From the NCBI GenBank assembly GCA_964252035.1, contig OZ176204.1: DNA of 64,000 bases; one strand, written 5' to 3'. The notes below the pieces were generated by a model. That model was not told the DNA's origin. It saw only the letters and a list, made by a program, of their open reading frames with translations, and ran no database searches. The position numbers and the translations under genes are program-made. Below are positions 62,776-64,000 of this stretch, one piece after another. Source of the DNA: Podarcis erhardii. Lineage: Eukaryota. Every line of letters starts with the position of its first letter. Positions within the stretch are counted from its first letter, which is position 1.

Positions 62776-64000
62776 CTGAAAACAGAGTACAGTATGTTAG
62801 AACAGGAAAGAAAAGCTACCATATGTGTTTTGTGGTTGCTTTTTTATTTTATTTTATTTTATTTTTTTTACTGAGTTTTTGTGCAAATGCAAACAAGACT
62901 CTACCTAACAAACAAATCTACAGAAAACAAAGAAACAAAGCAAAGTTTCTGTGGTTGCTTTGTATATGTGTCTGTAAGCAAAAACCTGTGCCTTTTGCCG
63001 TGGTGATCTGCCACATCCCTCTAGCACAATGCATTAGTAGTCTGCTGTCTTTGTAGCTGGGTGTGGGGGTCAGCTGCTCCCTTAACCTGGCCAAGCAGCC
63101 TCTCTCAATCACTGGGCAATGAGCAAGGTGAAGCAGTAGTTCTGTTCTCTAATGATATGTAGTAGCTTCCCCCTCAGTCTGTCCCCCATTCTTAATAGCA
63201 GGTCTCTCGGTGAATCTTAAATTACTGTGGGATCTTTCACCCTGTTATACAACTTCTTAGGTGGCTCTCCTGTGTTAGGTTGTATACACACATCAGTAGG
63301 GTATGGACTACTTATTTCAAAGAGCAAGACTGATTTCTAGACTGCAAGCTCTGAAGGAGTGATAATTACACACTTAAGTGATGGCCAGTAACTTTGGGGC
63401 AGAAAGCAGGTAGTATGCTTCATTAGGAAGAGGGATGAATGAGAAGGGTAGGAGGAGAGGAATTGGACCACCCCACATTGCTTGACCATCACAAGTTGAG
63501 AAACTGGGAACAACAGCTGAAAGCTATGGAGTGTATTTTTTAATAGAGGGTAGCTTCTGGTGTGAGTCAAGTGTTCAGATAATAAGGAAAGATTATTATC
63601 TTTGTTGTGGGTCAGCAAAAAGCTAGAATGGATGGATCGGTATGTTTTCAAGTCCATATATTCATGCGCAATTCTTTAAATGTGCTTTAAAATTTGAATT
63701 TGATTTTTTAAAATCACAAATAAGTATTTAAATACATATTTTATCACAGTGTACACATTTTTAAATGTATGCTATATTAAAATACTTTTTAATGCATTTT
63801 GGTACTTTTTTGAATTGAGAACTTCATTACAAAATTCACAGACATGCAAAATCTGAAACATGATCCTGTTCCATTCCACACATTAATCCAGGAAGTGCAG
63901 ATCAGAGCGGGTCATACTGGAATTCACAAAAATTGAATTCCTCAAGCTTCTGTCCCAGGAACTTCTCAAGAGGAACTTATCCCTTTGCTTATTTCCAGCA

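Noticed and set aside
63930-63970. GAATTCCTCA resembling the start of BTRC exon 3
   Set aside because: No acceptor, and the following sequence does not encode SEREDCNNGEPP.

Overview
Vertebrate nuclear DNA, most likely a lacertid lizard (Sauria SINE, Squam-type SINE, BovB, CR1, L2 and TcMar/hAT MITE repertoire; species assignment is inference). The window holds the 5' end of BTRC (beta-TrCP1/FBXW1A) on the + strand: CpG-island promoter, coding exon 1 (17715-17762, MDPAEAVVQEKALKFM) and the 108-nt in-frame cassette exon 2 (48595-48702, CSMPRSLWLG...ALTAFQ). Exon 3 was not found in the called sequence. By conserved synteny (LBX1-BTRC-POLL-DPCD-FBXW4-FGF8), bases 1-17 kb should be the LBX1-facing intergenic region. 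That region and the introns contain several repeat-free, motif-dense patches that look like developmental enhancers (unverified, no alignment possible). Most other sequence is transposon-derived, and nearly all ORFs in the track are spurious. Best leads: (1) two very young Penelope-like element termini carrying a minimal hammerhead ribozyme, one intact and antisense in intron 2, one as a perfect 91-bp inverted pair upstream of the promoter; (2) the ZNF143/THAP11-type ACTACAnnTCCCA motif shared between the BTRC promoter and an abundant hairpin MITE family; (3) a perfect antisense splice donor inside the promoter, suggesting a spliced divergent RNA; (4) a perfect 23-bp intronic hairpin. Three N gaps are present. 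Repeat boundaries are approximate unless TSD/TIR positions are given.
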